From contig DBYO01000024.1 in the NCBI GenBank assembly GCA_002310235.1, forward strand, positions 25,246 to 89,245: 64,000 nucleotides of DNA, in the 5' to 3' direction. Position 1 is the first letter of the stretch. Every line of letters starts with the position of its first letter. Positions 46,506-55,300 of this stretch are shown piece after piece. The notes beneath the pieces are model-generated. The model was not told the DNA's origin and did not search any database. It saw only the letters and a program-made list of their open reading frames with translations. Made by a program: the position numbers and the translations under genes. Source of the stretch: Bacteroidales bacterium UBA1184 (GTDB lineage: Bacteria; Bacteroidota; Bacteroidia; Bacteroidales; ML635J-15).

Positions 46506-47291
46506 CTATTCTTTCTCGCCTGTTCCTCTGATGATTCCCCTATTAGAATTGCGAAGGAAAAGCACTATTTCGTCGCGCTCCTTGGTAGCAGGAAGTTCGT
46601 TCTCGATATACTCGAGAGCCTGGCTTACATTCAATCCCTTGTTGTAGAGAACCCTGTAAATATCCTGAATGTTATTTATCATCTCGTTGGTAAATCCACG
46701 ACGACGAAGTCCGATGGAATTAACACCCGAATAAGCCAGCGGATTTCTTGCTGCGCGAATATATGGAGGGACGTCCTTGCCAACCAGCGAATTACCGGCA
46801 AACATAGTGTGCGCACCAATGTGGCAGAACTGATGTACAAGAGTGTTGGCGCTTAGGATAGCAAAATCGTCAACGACAACCTCGCCAGCCAGAGTGGCAC
46901 CATTCACAAGTATCACATTGTTTCCGACAACACAGTCGTGAGCTACATGGCAATAAGCCATTATAAGGCAGTTGGAACCTATTACGGTACGTCCCTTGGC
47001 AAGTGTGCCGCGGCTTACTGTAACGCATTCGCGAATCATAGTATTGTCGCCGATTTCGGCAGTAGTCTTTTCGCCCTTGAACTTAAGATCCTGCGGGATG
47101 GCTGCAATTACAGCTCCTGGGAATATCTTGCAGTTCTTGCCTATCTTTGCGCCTTCCATTATGGTGGCGTGCGGACCTATCCAAGTACCCTCACCTATCT
47201 CAACATTTTTCTCTATATATGCAAACGGTTCAATTATAACGTTTTCGGCTATCTTGGCCGACGGATGAACATATGCAAGTGGTTGATTCAT
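46506..47291 (-). CDS. lpxA: Acyl-ACP--UDP-N-acetylglucosamine O-acyltransferase
   Basis: Left-handed beta-helix hexapeptide repeats. N-terminus AYVHPSAKIAENVIIEPFAYI, and the C-terminal helical domain has the YIENE-type ending typical of LpxA. Confidence 0.95.
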   Translation of the reverse strand: MNQPLAYVHPSAKIAENVIIEPFAYIEKNVEIGEGTWIGPHATIMEGAKIGKNCKIFPGAVIAAIPQDLKFKGEKTTAEIGDNTMIRECVTVSRGTLAKGRTVIGSNCLIMAYCHVAHDCVVGNNVILVNGATLAGEVVVDDFAILSANTLVHQFCHIGAHTMFAGNSLVGKDVPPYIRAARNPLAYSGVNSIGLRRRGFTNEMINNIQDIYRVLYNKGLNVSQALEYIENELPATKERDEIVLFLRNSNRGIIRGTGEKE

Positions 47292-47299
47292 GTCTAAAA

Positions 47300-48205
47300 T
47301 TATCTGTTTAGTAAATAATGTCTTAAATCTTTTGATAGCTGCGTATTAGCCGAATGCCCTGGACGAACAGCGTCTATTCTTGCATTGAAACGGAAACCGC
47401 ACAATGCGAGGTCGCCAATGATGTCGAGCAACTTATGGCGTGCCGGCTCGTTGTCGAACTGAAGCTTCAAGGTGTTGAGGATTCCGCTTTCCTGAGCCTT
47501 TATGCTTTCCTTTCCGCAAATAGCAGCTATGCGGTCGTACTCGCTCTGAGGCAACACCTTATCAACAACAACAATGGCATTGTCGAGGTCTCCACCTTTT
47601 ATAAGGTTCATTTTGAGCAAAGGCTCTATTTCGCTTAGAAAGACAAATGTCCTGCAGTTTGCAATCTCTGAAGCAAAGCCATCAAGGTTGGAAAGTTCGG
47701 CCGTCTGCGCTGGCATGGCAGCCCCATAATCCACAAGCACCTTAACGCTATAGCTGTCCGAAGGGTTAATGGTGATCTCTGTTCCTTTGCCATTCGAATA
47801 ATGTATTGGCTCGGCAATGTCGAGAACTCTTAGTTCGGCATCCTGTTCCACTACACCAACTTTGGCATAGCCTTCTACATAATATTTAGAACTGCCGTCG
47901 AGGATTGGGACTTCGGGACCATCAATGCAAAACTCGGCATTGTCGATACCCATAGCATAGGTAGCTGCAAGCAGATGTTCTATTGTGCTGACACTTATAC
48001 CGTTTTCTTCGATTGTTGTACCTCTCGAAGTTGCATTAACGTTGTCGGCAACAGCCTTTACTCGCGGACAACCGTCCAAGTCTGTCCTAACAAATACATA
48101 TCCGCTATTGGGTTCGGCAGGCTTTATCGTCAATGTTGACTCCTTGCCAAAATGCAAACCTCTTCCAGTTAGTCTTATTTCTGCAGCAATTGTCTTTTGC
48201 TTCAT
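47300..48205 (-). CDS. lpxC: UDP-3-O-acyl-N-acetylglucosamine deacetylase (stand-alone, no FabZ fusion)
   Basis: Collinear with E. coli LpxC (GRGLHFGK, STIEHLLAA, PILDGSS, HKLLDIIGDLAL). 301 aa; lpxA starts 9 nt after its stop. Confidence 0.9.
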   Translation of the reverse strand: MKQKTIAAEIRLTGRGLHFGKESTLTIKPAEPNSGYVFVRTDLDGCPRVKAVADNVNATSRGTTIEENGISVSTIEHLLAATYAMGIDNAEFCIDGPEVPILDGSSKYYVEGYAKVGVVEQDAELRVLDIAEPIHYSNGKGTEITINPSDSYSVKVLVDYGAAMPAQTAELSNLDGFASEIANCRTFVFLSEIEPLLKMNLIKGGDLDNAIVVVDKVLPQSEYDRIAAICGKESIKAQESGILNTLKLQFDNEPARHKLLDIIGDLALCGFRFNARIDAVRPGHSANTQLSKDLRHYLLNR

Positions 48206-48227
48206 TATACGCTTATAAAAATTCGTG

Positions 48228-48235
48228 CAAAGGTA
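48228..48235 (-). promoter_or_regulatory. -7 box upstream of lpxC
   Basis: CAAAGGTA on plus equals TACCTTTG on minus, 23 nt before the ATG. It sits in the 154-nt gap after rnc. Confidence 0.4.
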
Positions 48236-48359
48236 GTATTAATTTTGTTAATACTAAAAACTTTTTTTGCACCTACACAATAAATGCAGCGAATACTCGT
48301 TGTAACACAGATATAAACCACAAAACTTTTAGAGGAAAATATATCAGAACTACACCTTT

Positions 48360-49082
48360 TTACAGCTCTCTACCTAATATTTTCAGCACCTCATACGAAG
48401 CCATCTGCTCGGCTTCCTTCTTTGTCCAGCCCTTACCGCTAGCTATAAACTTGCCATCAATGCATACTTCGGTAACAAAATGATATAGTTTTTCGCAACC
48501 TTCCATGCACTCAAAGGTGTCGATTATAAGTGCAAACTTTTCCTTTTGTGAATACTGAAGCAAACGCGACTTGTAGTCGCTATTGTGTTTCATAAGATTC
48601 TCGACGTCGAAAAAGCGAGTGAAGATGTTTCGTATAAATTTCTCGCATATCGAATAGCCTCTGTCGAAGTATATTGCGCCAACCAGCGCTTCGAACGAGT
48701 TACCGGTTATGTTTTTAAGTTCGTTTGCCCTACCCTCCTTATATTGCATTAGCTTCTTGAGATCCAATTCGGTAGCCACGCGATTGAGACTCTTGCGGCT
48801 CACCAGCATCGACCTTAGCACCGACAACTCGCCTTCCGACGACTTGGGGTATTTCTCATAAAGCATAACGCTTGCAATAACGCTTATTATCGAATCGCCT
48901 AGAAACTCCAGTCGCTCGTTGTTGTAGCGTATCTCTTTTTGCTTCTTATTTGCCGAAGCATGACGAAGCGCCATCTTGTAATACAAGATTTCCTTGGGTT
49001 TGAAACCCAAAACCATCTTAAGTTGTTTCCTTAATTTTTCGTCCTTGGGATTTTTCTTCTTAAAAAGAAAAGACAGAAACAT
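48360..49082 (-). CDS. rnc: Ribonuclease III
   Basis: NERLEFLGDSII signature and a C-terminal dsRBD (GKGWTKKEAEQMASYEVL). Its start overlaps the fabF stop by 1 nt. Confidence 0.9.
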   Translation of the reverse strand: MFLSFLFKKKNPKDEKLRKQLKMVLGFKPKEILYYKMALRHASANKKQKEIRYNNERLEFLGDSIISVIASVMLYEKYPKSSEGELSVLRSMLVSRKSLNRVATELDLKKLMQYKEGRANELKNITGNSFEALVGAIYFDRGYSICEKFIRNIFTRFFDVENLMKHNSDYKSRLLQYSQKEKFALIIDTFECMEGCEKLYHFVTEVCIDGKFIASGKGWTKKEAEQMASYEVLKILGREL

Positions 49083-50332
49083 TACTCGGACATTTTTTTG
49101 AAAATGATGGATGTATTGTGACCGCTGAATCCGAATGCGTTCGACATGGCGAAATCGACATTGCGCTTTTGGGCCTTATGCAATGTAAGATTAAGTCTGC
49201 GGTCAATTTTTTCGTCAAACTGCTTGTGGTTAATTGTCGGAGGTACTATGCCCTCGTTTATTGCAAAAATGCAGAACATCGATTCGATAGCTCCAGCAGC
49301 ACCGAGTAGGTGACCTACTTCCGACTTGGTGGAACTGATGTTCAAATTGTAAGCATGCTCACCGAAAACTTTCTGTATTGCAAGTATTTCGGGGAGATCG
49401 CCGATAGGAGTGGATGTTGCATGAGCATTTATGTAGTCGATCTTTTCGGGAGCGACACCTGCATTTTTCAATGCATTGCTCATTGCAATCACACCGCCTA
49501 ATCCTTCGGGATGAGGAGCGGTAATATGGTAGGCATCGGCCGAAAGACCAACACCTGCAACCTCGGCGTAAATCTTTGCACCGCGGTTCTTTGCATGCTC
49601 GTACTCCTCGAGTACAAGAGCACAGCCGCCCTCGCCCATCACAAATCCGTCGCGCGTAGCGCAGAACGGACGCGATGCCGTCATGTATTCATCGTTGTTT
49701 TTCGACATTGCCTGCATCGACTGGAAACCTTCCATTCCAACCTCGTTGACCGAAGCTTCGGAACCACCCGTCACTATCATGTCGGCCATGCCGAGACGGA
49801 TGAGGTTTACAGAGTCGATGATGGCATTTGCCGACGATGCACACGCCGATACCGTGTTGTAGTTCGGCCCCATTAGTCCATACCTTATAGAAATGGTTCC
49901 GGCAGCTATGTCGGCAATCATCTTAGGTATGAAAAATGGAGAGAACCTTGAAACAGCACTGCCCGCATAGTCGAGAATCTCACCGAAAATAGTGTTCGAT
50001 CCGCCAATTCCCGAAGCCCAGATTACACCAGCCCTCGTCTTGTCGATTGTATTGAAATCGACTCCACTGTTCTTTATGGCCTCGTCGGAAGCTATAAGAG
50101 CAAACTGGCAGAACCTATCGAGCTTGCGGAGCTCTTTACGGTCGAAATATTGCTCGGGATTAAAATTCTTTACCGTGCAAGCAAATTTGGTCTTAGAAGA
50201 AGAGGTGTCGTAGGTGTCTATAAGGGCAGAACCACTCACACCGTCACGAACGTTGTTCCACGTTTCGAGACACGTCAGTCCAACGGGCGATATTGCGCCC
50301 ATGCCGGTTACGACAACCCTCTTAAGATCCAT
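49082..50332 (-). CDS. fabF: Beta-ketoacyl-ACP synthase II
   Basis: Active-site context SACASSANAI, HATSTPIGD and GHLLGAAGA. 416 aa, located directly after acpP. Confidence 0.95.
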   Translation of the reverse strand: MDLKRVVVTGMGAISPVGLTCLETWNNVRDGVSGSALIDTYDTSSSKTKFACTVKNFNPEQYFDRKELRKLDRFCQFALIASDEAIKNSGVDFNTIDKTRAGVIWASGIGGSNTIFGEILDYAGSAVSRFSPFFIPKMIADIAAGTISIRYGLMGPNYNTVSACASSANAIIDSVNLIRLGMADMIVTGGSEASVNEVGMEGFQSMQAMSKNNDEYMTASRPFCATRDGFVMGEGGCALVLEEYEHAKNRGAKIYAEVAGVGLSADAYHITAPHPEGLGGVIAMSNALKNAGVAPEKIDYINAHATSTPIGDLPEILAIQKVFGEHAYNLNISSTKSEVGHLLGAAGAIESMFCIFAINEGIVPPTINHKQFDEKIDRRLNLTLHKAQKRNVDFAMSNAFGFSGHNTSIIFKKMSE

Positions 50333-50337
50333 GCTAT

Positions 50338-50574
50338 TTACTTGATGTGCGCTTCAATATAAGCTATTGCAGCTCCTACTGTAGTGAGATTTTCTGCGTC
50401 AGTGTCAGGAATTTCAACACCAAATTCCTTTTCAAATTCCATTGTCAATTCTACTGTATCCAATGAATCAGCACCCAAATCGGAGATGAAACTTGCTTCT
50501 GGTGTTACTTCGGCTTCGTCAACGCCTAATTTCTCAACTATAATACTTTTTACTCTAGATGCAATGTCTGACAT
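50338..50574 (-). CDS. acpP: Acyl carrier protein
   Basis: 78 aa with the [11 protein letters not shown] phosphopantetheine attachment motif. Confidence 0.95.
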   Translation of the reverse strand: MSDIASRVKSIIVEKLGVDEAEVTPEASFISDLGADSLDTVELTMEFEKEFGVEIPDTDAENLTTVGAAIAYIEAHIK

Positions 50575-50730
50575 AAAACTTTAATTTTAGTTAATAAATT
50601 ACATTAAAAAAAAATCGCCGCAAAATAACAAAAATCATTTCAGATAGTCAAACTTTTTTTAATTCTTTTTGCCCATGACATTTTTTTTTGTGTTCTTTGC
50701 ATTGATAATCAAAACATAAAGGACAAAACT

Positions 50731-51315
50731 ATGGACAAAACCACAAAAATAGCGTTATTTGCCTCTGGCTCAGGTACAAACGTCGAAAATATAGCAAATT
50801 ATTTCAATGGCAAAACCACCGCGAAACCCGTATGTGTGCTCTGCAACAAGCCCGACGCCTACGTTCTGGAGCGAGCAAAACGTCTAGGACTCGACTCGAT
50901 GACCTTCAACCGCGCCGATTTCAACGACGGAAAACGAATAATGGAATACCTTAATAAATATAACATCGACATGATAGTCCTCGCTGGCTTCCTCTGGCTG
51001 GTTCCACAGTACCTAATCGATGCTTATCCAGGTCGCATAGTGAACATACACCCGGCGTTGTTGCCAAAGTTCGGAGGAAAGGGCATGTACGGCATGCACG
51101 TACATGAGGCCGTGAAGCAGAGCGGCGAAACCGAAACCGGCATCACCATCCACCTCATCGACGGCAACTACGACCAGGGCAGCACGGTTTTCCAGGCAAA
51201 GGTGCAGGTTAGCCCCAACGACTCTCCCGACGACATAGCAACCAAGGTACACGCACTCGAATACGAATATTATCCAAAAGTGATAGAAGAAATAGCAAAA
51301 TCAGTTAAAAGTTAA
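50731..51315 (+). CDS. purN: Phosphoribosylglycinamide formyltransferase
   Basis: ALFASGSGTN, IVLAGFLWLVP and NIHPALLPKFGGKGMYG motifs. 194 aa. Confidence 0.9.
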   Translation: MDKTTKIALFASGSGTNVENIANYFNGKTTAKPVCVLCNKPDAYVLERAKRLGLDSMTFNRADFNDGKRIMEYLNKYNIDMIVLAGFLWLVPQYLIDAYPGRIVNIHPALLPKFGGKGMYGMHVHEAVKQSGETETGITIHLIDGNYDQGSTVFQAKVQVSPNDSPDDIATKVHALEYEYYPKVIEEIAKSVKS

Positions 51316-51340
51316 AAGTTGAAAGTTGGAAGTTTATAGT
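51297..51340. repeat. 7-nt periodic array (AAGTTAA/AAGTTGA) spanning the purN stop
   Basis: aaatcagttaaaagttaaaagttgaaagttggaagtttatagtt. Confidence 0.8.
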
Positions 51341-51446
51341 TCCAGCGTTACGCTCGGAAAAGGTTGTCCGTTGTTGTCAAGGTTGTCGTAAAAAGGGGAA
51401 ACGACAACTAGAACAACAATCACTATTCTGCTCTGGTGCTTTTTGA

Positions 51447-51496
51447 ATTCTGCACAAATCATTGCAAACCGGCGCAACGCATTGCGCCGCTACAAT
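51447..51496 (+). repeat. Left copy of the 50-nt direct repeat bracketing the RHS islet
   Basis: attcTgcacaaatcattgcaaaccggcgcaAcgcattgcgccGctacaat. 47 of 50 nt are identical to 63541-63590. Contains the hairpin GGCGCAA-cgca-TTGCGCC. Confidence 0.9.
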
Positions 51497-51716
51497 AATT
51501 GAAACATTGCGTACTGTCATGTTTGAAACATGATCCGACATAGAAACGCCGCAGGGGCGGATTACAAACCCACCCCTGCGTATTGTGATTGAGTATTATG
51601 CTGCATAGAATCGACTCGTGCCTACATCACATAGCATCTGCATTGACCTCTCATTTGTATTGCCTCTTACTATAACAGAAGAAAGTCTAACAAATTTCGT
51701 TTCGTATCTTTGATGT

Positions 51717-52331
51717 TCAATCCATAACTCTTTGCTCCTTATTAGCACGTTCTTTAAACCGCCCTTTCATAAAAATTTCCATACGCTTTTTCACTTCAAT
51801 AGAATCGTACACTTCCAATAATTTTTTTTCAAGATATTTTTGTGTGCTACTATCAGCCTCAATTCCAGAAATTCCATTCACAAAAATTGTGTCATTCAAT
51901 TTAATTAAAGGAATGTTTATGTAAAACCCGTTTATATTATCATTAATGCGAACAAAAAATAATCCAACACATTGTACCAAATCAACACTTGTGATATATG
52001 GTCTAATACTAATAGTTTCTTTCTTATCAAATATAGTATCTTGTAAAAATACTCTTTTTAAATTTTCCAATTCATAAGATTTGAAACACCTTTTTGATAT
52101 TGTATCATTTAAACCAAAAAGTTCTACATTTTTGACATATTTTTCATCCGCAGCGTATGATCCATAAGGTTTTGGTCTCATCGTATTCGGCCTCCATATA
52201 AGGTGAATTTTACTTACCCCGTTTTTATTTTTTTCCTTTCGCTGAGGATAAAAACTAGAGTAAAACCATGTAGGGCAGCAAGATGTTAATTGTAACAACG
52301 ATATAATTAGTATGAATTTTATTATCCTCAT
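51717..52331 (-). CDS. Lipoprotein, candidate immunity protein for the upstream RHS toxin
   Basis: Start ATG lies 1 nt after the RHS gene stop. Lipobox LLQLTSCC. AT-rich like the toxin tip. No recognisable family. Confidence 0.5.
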   Translation of the reverse strand: MRIIKFILIISLLQLTSCCPTWFYSSFYPQRKEKNKNGVSKIHLIWRPNTMRPKPYGSYAADEKYVKNVELFGLNDTISKRCFKSYELENLKRVFLQDTIFDKKETISIRPYITSVDLVQCVGLFFVRINDNINGFYINIPLIKLNDTIFVNGISGIEADSSTQKYLEKKLLEVYDSIEVKKRMEIFMKGRFKERANKEQRVMD

Positions 52332-52332
52332 A

Positions 52333-55300
52333 TTAATTATAAGTTTTTATAAATTGTTTTCTCTGATATACTTCACGGCACATTGCAGGATACTCACTCT
52401 TATAACAATTATTACGCAAATATTTACTTTGGAACAAATGCGTTTCTTCATGTGCACCATTACCATGAATATACTCCTCTATAGACCTGTAAGGGTGCAT
52501 TTTATCAAACTTTTCTAATCCAGAATCTCTATATGCATCACTATAAACATCATTTCTATCGCTATTTCCACTCAAAACATTACTAGGATCAGCCGATATA
52601 TCTGTAGAACTACCATCTGGATTTATTAATATAGAACTAGAATAATCGTTGTCTTTTTTATCGCCAAAGTAATATGTCGAGATATAAATATGATTGTTTT
52701 CAGCAATTCCAGGTATTCTAGAGTACCCATTAGTTTCACCATCGTTATCTTCGATAAACATCGGTTTATCTGTAACATGTATATAAAACATTTTCCTTGA
52801 TCTTAGCATTCTCATAACGCCACGAGTTCCGCATTTTGTTAGAGTTCTTGCATTAATATATCGTTCGGTACCACGATCTTTCGCTTCTTGAGAATATTCA
52901 AATTTTTTAGTCTTTTTATTGTAAGTCACTCCATCTATCTTCCTTCCATCCGGGTCTCTAAGCATTATCGGATTTCCAGCGCAATACATATACGGGCTCA
53001 TGCTCGGATACTTGTCGCTCATCGGGTCCACACTAAGCCACATCATAATATTGTCGGTGTAGTATCGTGCGCCAAAGTAATTGTAGCCACTTTCGCTATC
53101 CTTTTCCTTTGCAGAGAAGGTGTAGGGGGATACATATCTGTCTCTGTGCTTGTCAACAAGAACTTCTCCGTATGGCATATACTGCAGGTACTGGTAGAAC
53201 TCGCCATGGTGGTTGGTAAGTGCCGATACGCTGCCCTGGTGGTTGTAGTGGTAGTAGAACTTTACAGGATCGAAATGAACATAATTGCCGCGGGCATATA
53301 CAATATCGCCTCTGTAGCCGACAGAATCAAGAGCATGCTGAACCTGCTTTCTAAGTCCGTAAATGAATTCTCTTTCGGTTCTGTTGTTTATTACTTCTAC
53401 CCCACTAGCATAATAATCACGTTCGGCAAAAGGAACGATCTCAGTACAAATTCTCTCTTCACCAACAAAGTAGTGCTTGTAAAGGCTACGATTGTCAATT
53501 GTTATTTGCTGTGTAGGATAGAATGTCTTGTCAAGTTCAATATCGCGGTTCATTAGCCTTTCGTTTCTATAGGCGTCAGTAACCATTCCCGAGAACTTCC
53601 ATACACGTTCGCCATCGGCATCATACAGATATGCAGCAACAGCACCTCTACCGCTTGGACGGGACATTTGACGTCCGTTTTCATCAACCATCCTGTCGCT
53701 TATTGCAGCAAGGCGGTTTTCCTCGTTGAAGTAAAGTTCGCGGACTTCTGGTCGCGGCGCCGCTCCTGGGACTATACATCTTTTTATATTGCCGTTGGCA
53801 TCCCATAAATATTTATTTGGACCAATTTTTGTCACAGCGTGAGGTTTCTGTGGATTTTCGTACGCATAGCCGTCCCTACGGTCGAAAACAGACACTTCCC
53901 CGTCTATATTATTGTGACCATTAAGAATATAGTCTCTTATATTTCCTGCCGGAGAATACGACATCTCAAAATGGTAACCAGCATCTATACCATTACTACG
54001 ACCATCAGATTTCACAAGACGATTGAGATTGTCGTACATGTACTCATAGCTGTACTGGAAATCGCCATCATTGCTTATGCCTACGATATTATAAACATCG
54101 TCATATTGATAGTGTATATCTTGTAAAACACAACCATCGCCGGCAAAACTACTCATATGCTCCAACTGCAGACTGAGCTCGTTGTATTCATAGCGATTGT
54201 ACGCACCGTTACCGTATTTACAATTGATGCGGTGGCCGTACTTGTCGTAACGAATATCGCCAACTATAATTTCTTCGCGCGAGTTCATATTGGACGAAAT
54301 CATACTCTCAAGTTTTCCAGCATTATCGTACCTATATCTAACAGTTTCACCATCGGGATATGTCATGTCCATAATACGTCCCCAGGTATCATACGTCCAC
54401 ATAGTCTTAAAAAGCATTAATTGTCCGTCTGGCATTGCAAAGGTACGAATATCTTTCACAATATCTCCCATTTCGTTGTAAAAATATTCTTGTACGCGCA
54501 CTCCGTCCTGGCGTTTGGTTACAAGACCAGCGCTCATTCCGTCGTTGATTCCTCCGTACTCGTAGTAAACGTCCATCTCTGAATTATTGGGGTAATGTAT
54601 CTCCTTAAGCCTGTCACCCATGTAAACGTAGTTTACTTCTTCACCCCTATTCTCCAACTTCTGGGTAACCTTACTAATAAGGTTGCCATTACTATAGGTA
54701 TAGCTTGTGTGTCCTGCATCGGGATGATAGCGAGAAACAAGACGTCCGAGCATATCGTAATAATATTTAGTACTATTATCCTCTGGATCAATACTTGCTA
54801 CCAACTCGCCCATCGGAGAATATATAAACTTAGTGGTTATACCGTCCGACTCGCTTGCCTGTTTTGTAGTGGTCTGCAATCCGCGGGAATCGGTATAGGA
54901 CATTAGTTCCCTGCCGAGCGGATCGCGAGTTGTTACAAGCATTGCCAATTGTCCCAATGCATCCTCCGATACATCATACGATTTTTCAATAAACTTTCCA
55001 TCTGGAGTTATTGTAGTCAAAACACGATCCATGCAGTCGTAGGTATATTTAGTAGGATTTTCAAACGAAGTTTGCAGGAATCCATCATCTTCTGTATTAA
55101 CAGTCACCTCGGCTGGCTGATAGCTTCCTACTACTCGGCCGTAATCGTCGTAAACATTCTTACCCGAAGCTACAAACTTTTCTACTCTGTCCACCACCGA
55201 CTTGCGTGCAGTCTGCATAGTTCGTCCAAGACCGTCGCATACCGTCTGCGTTACAAAGGTATTGCCTCTATTAATTGCATCTTTATGTATAACTCTTGCC

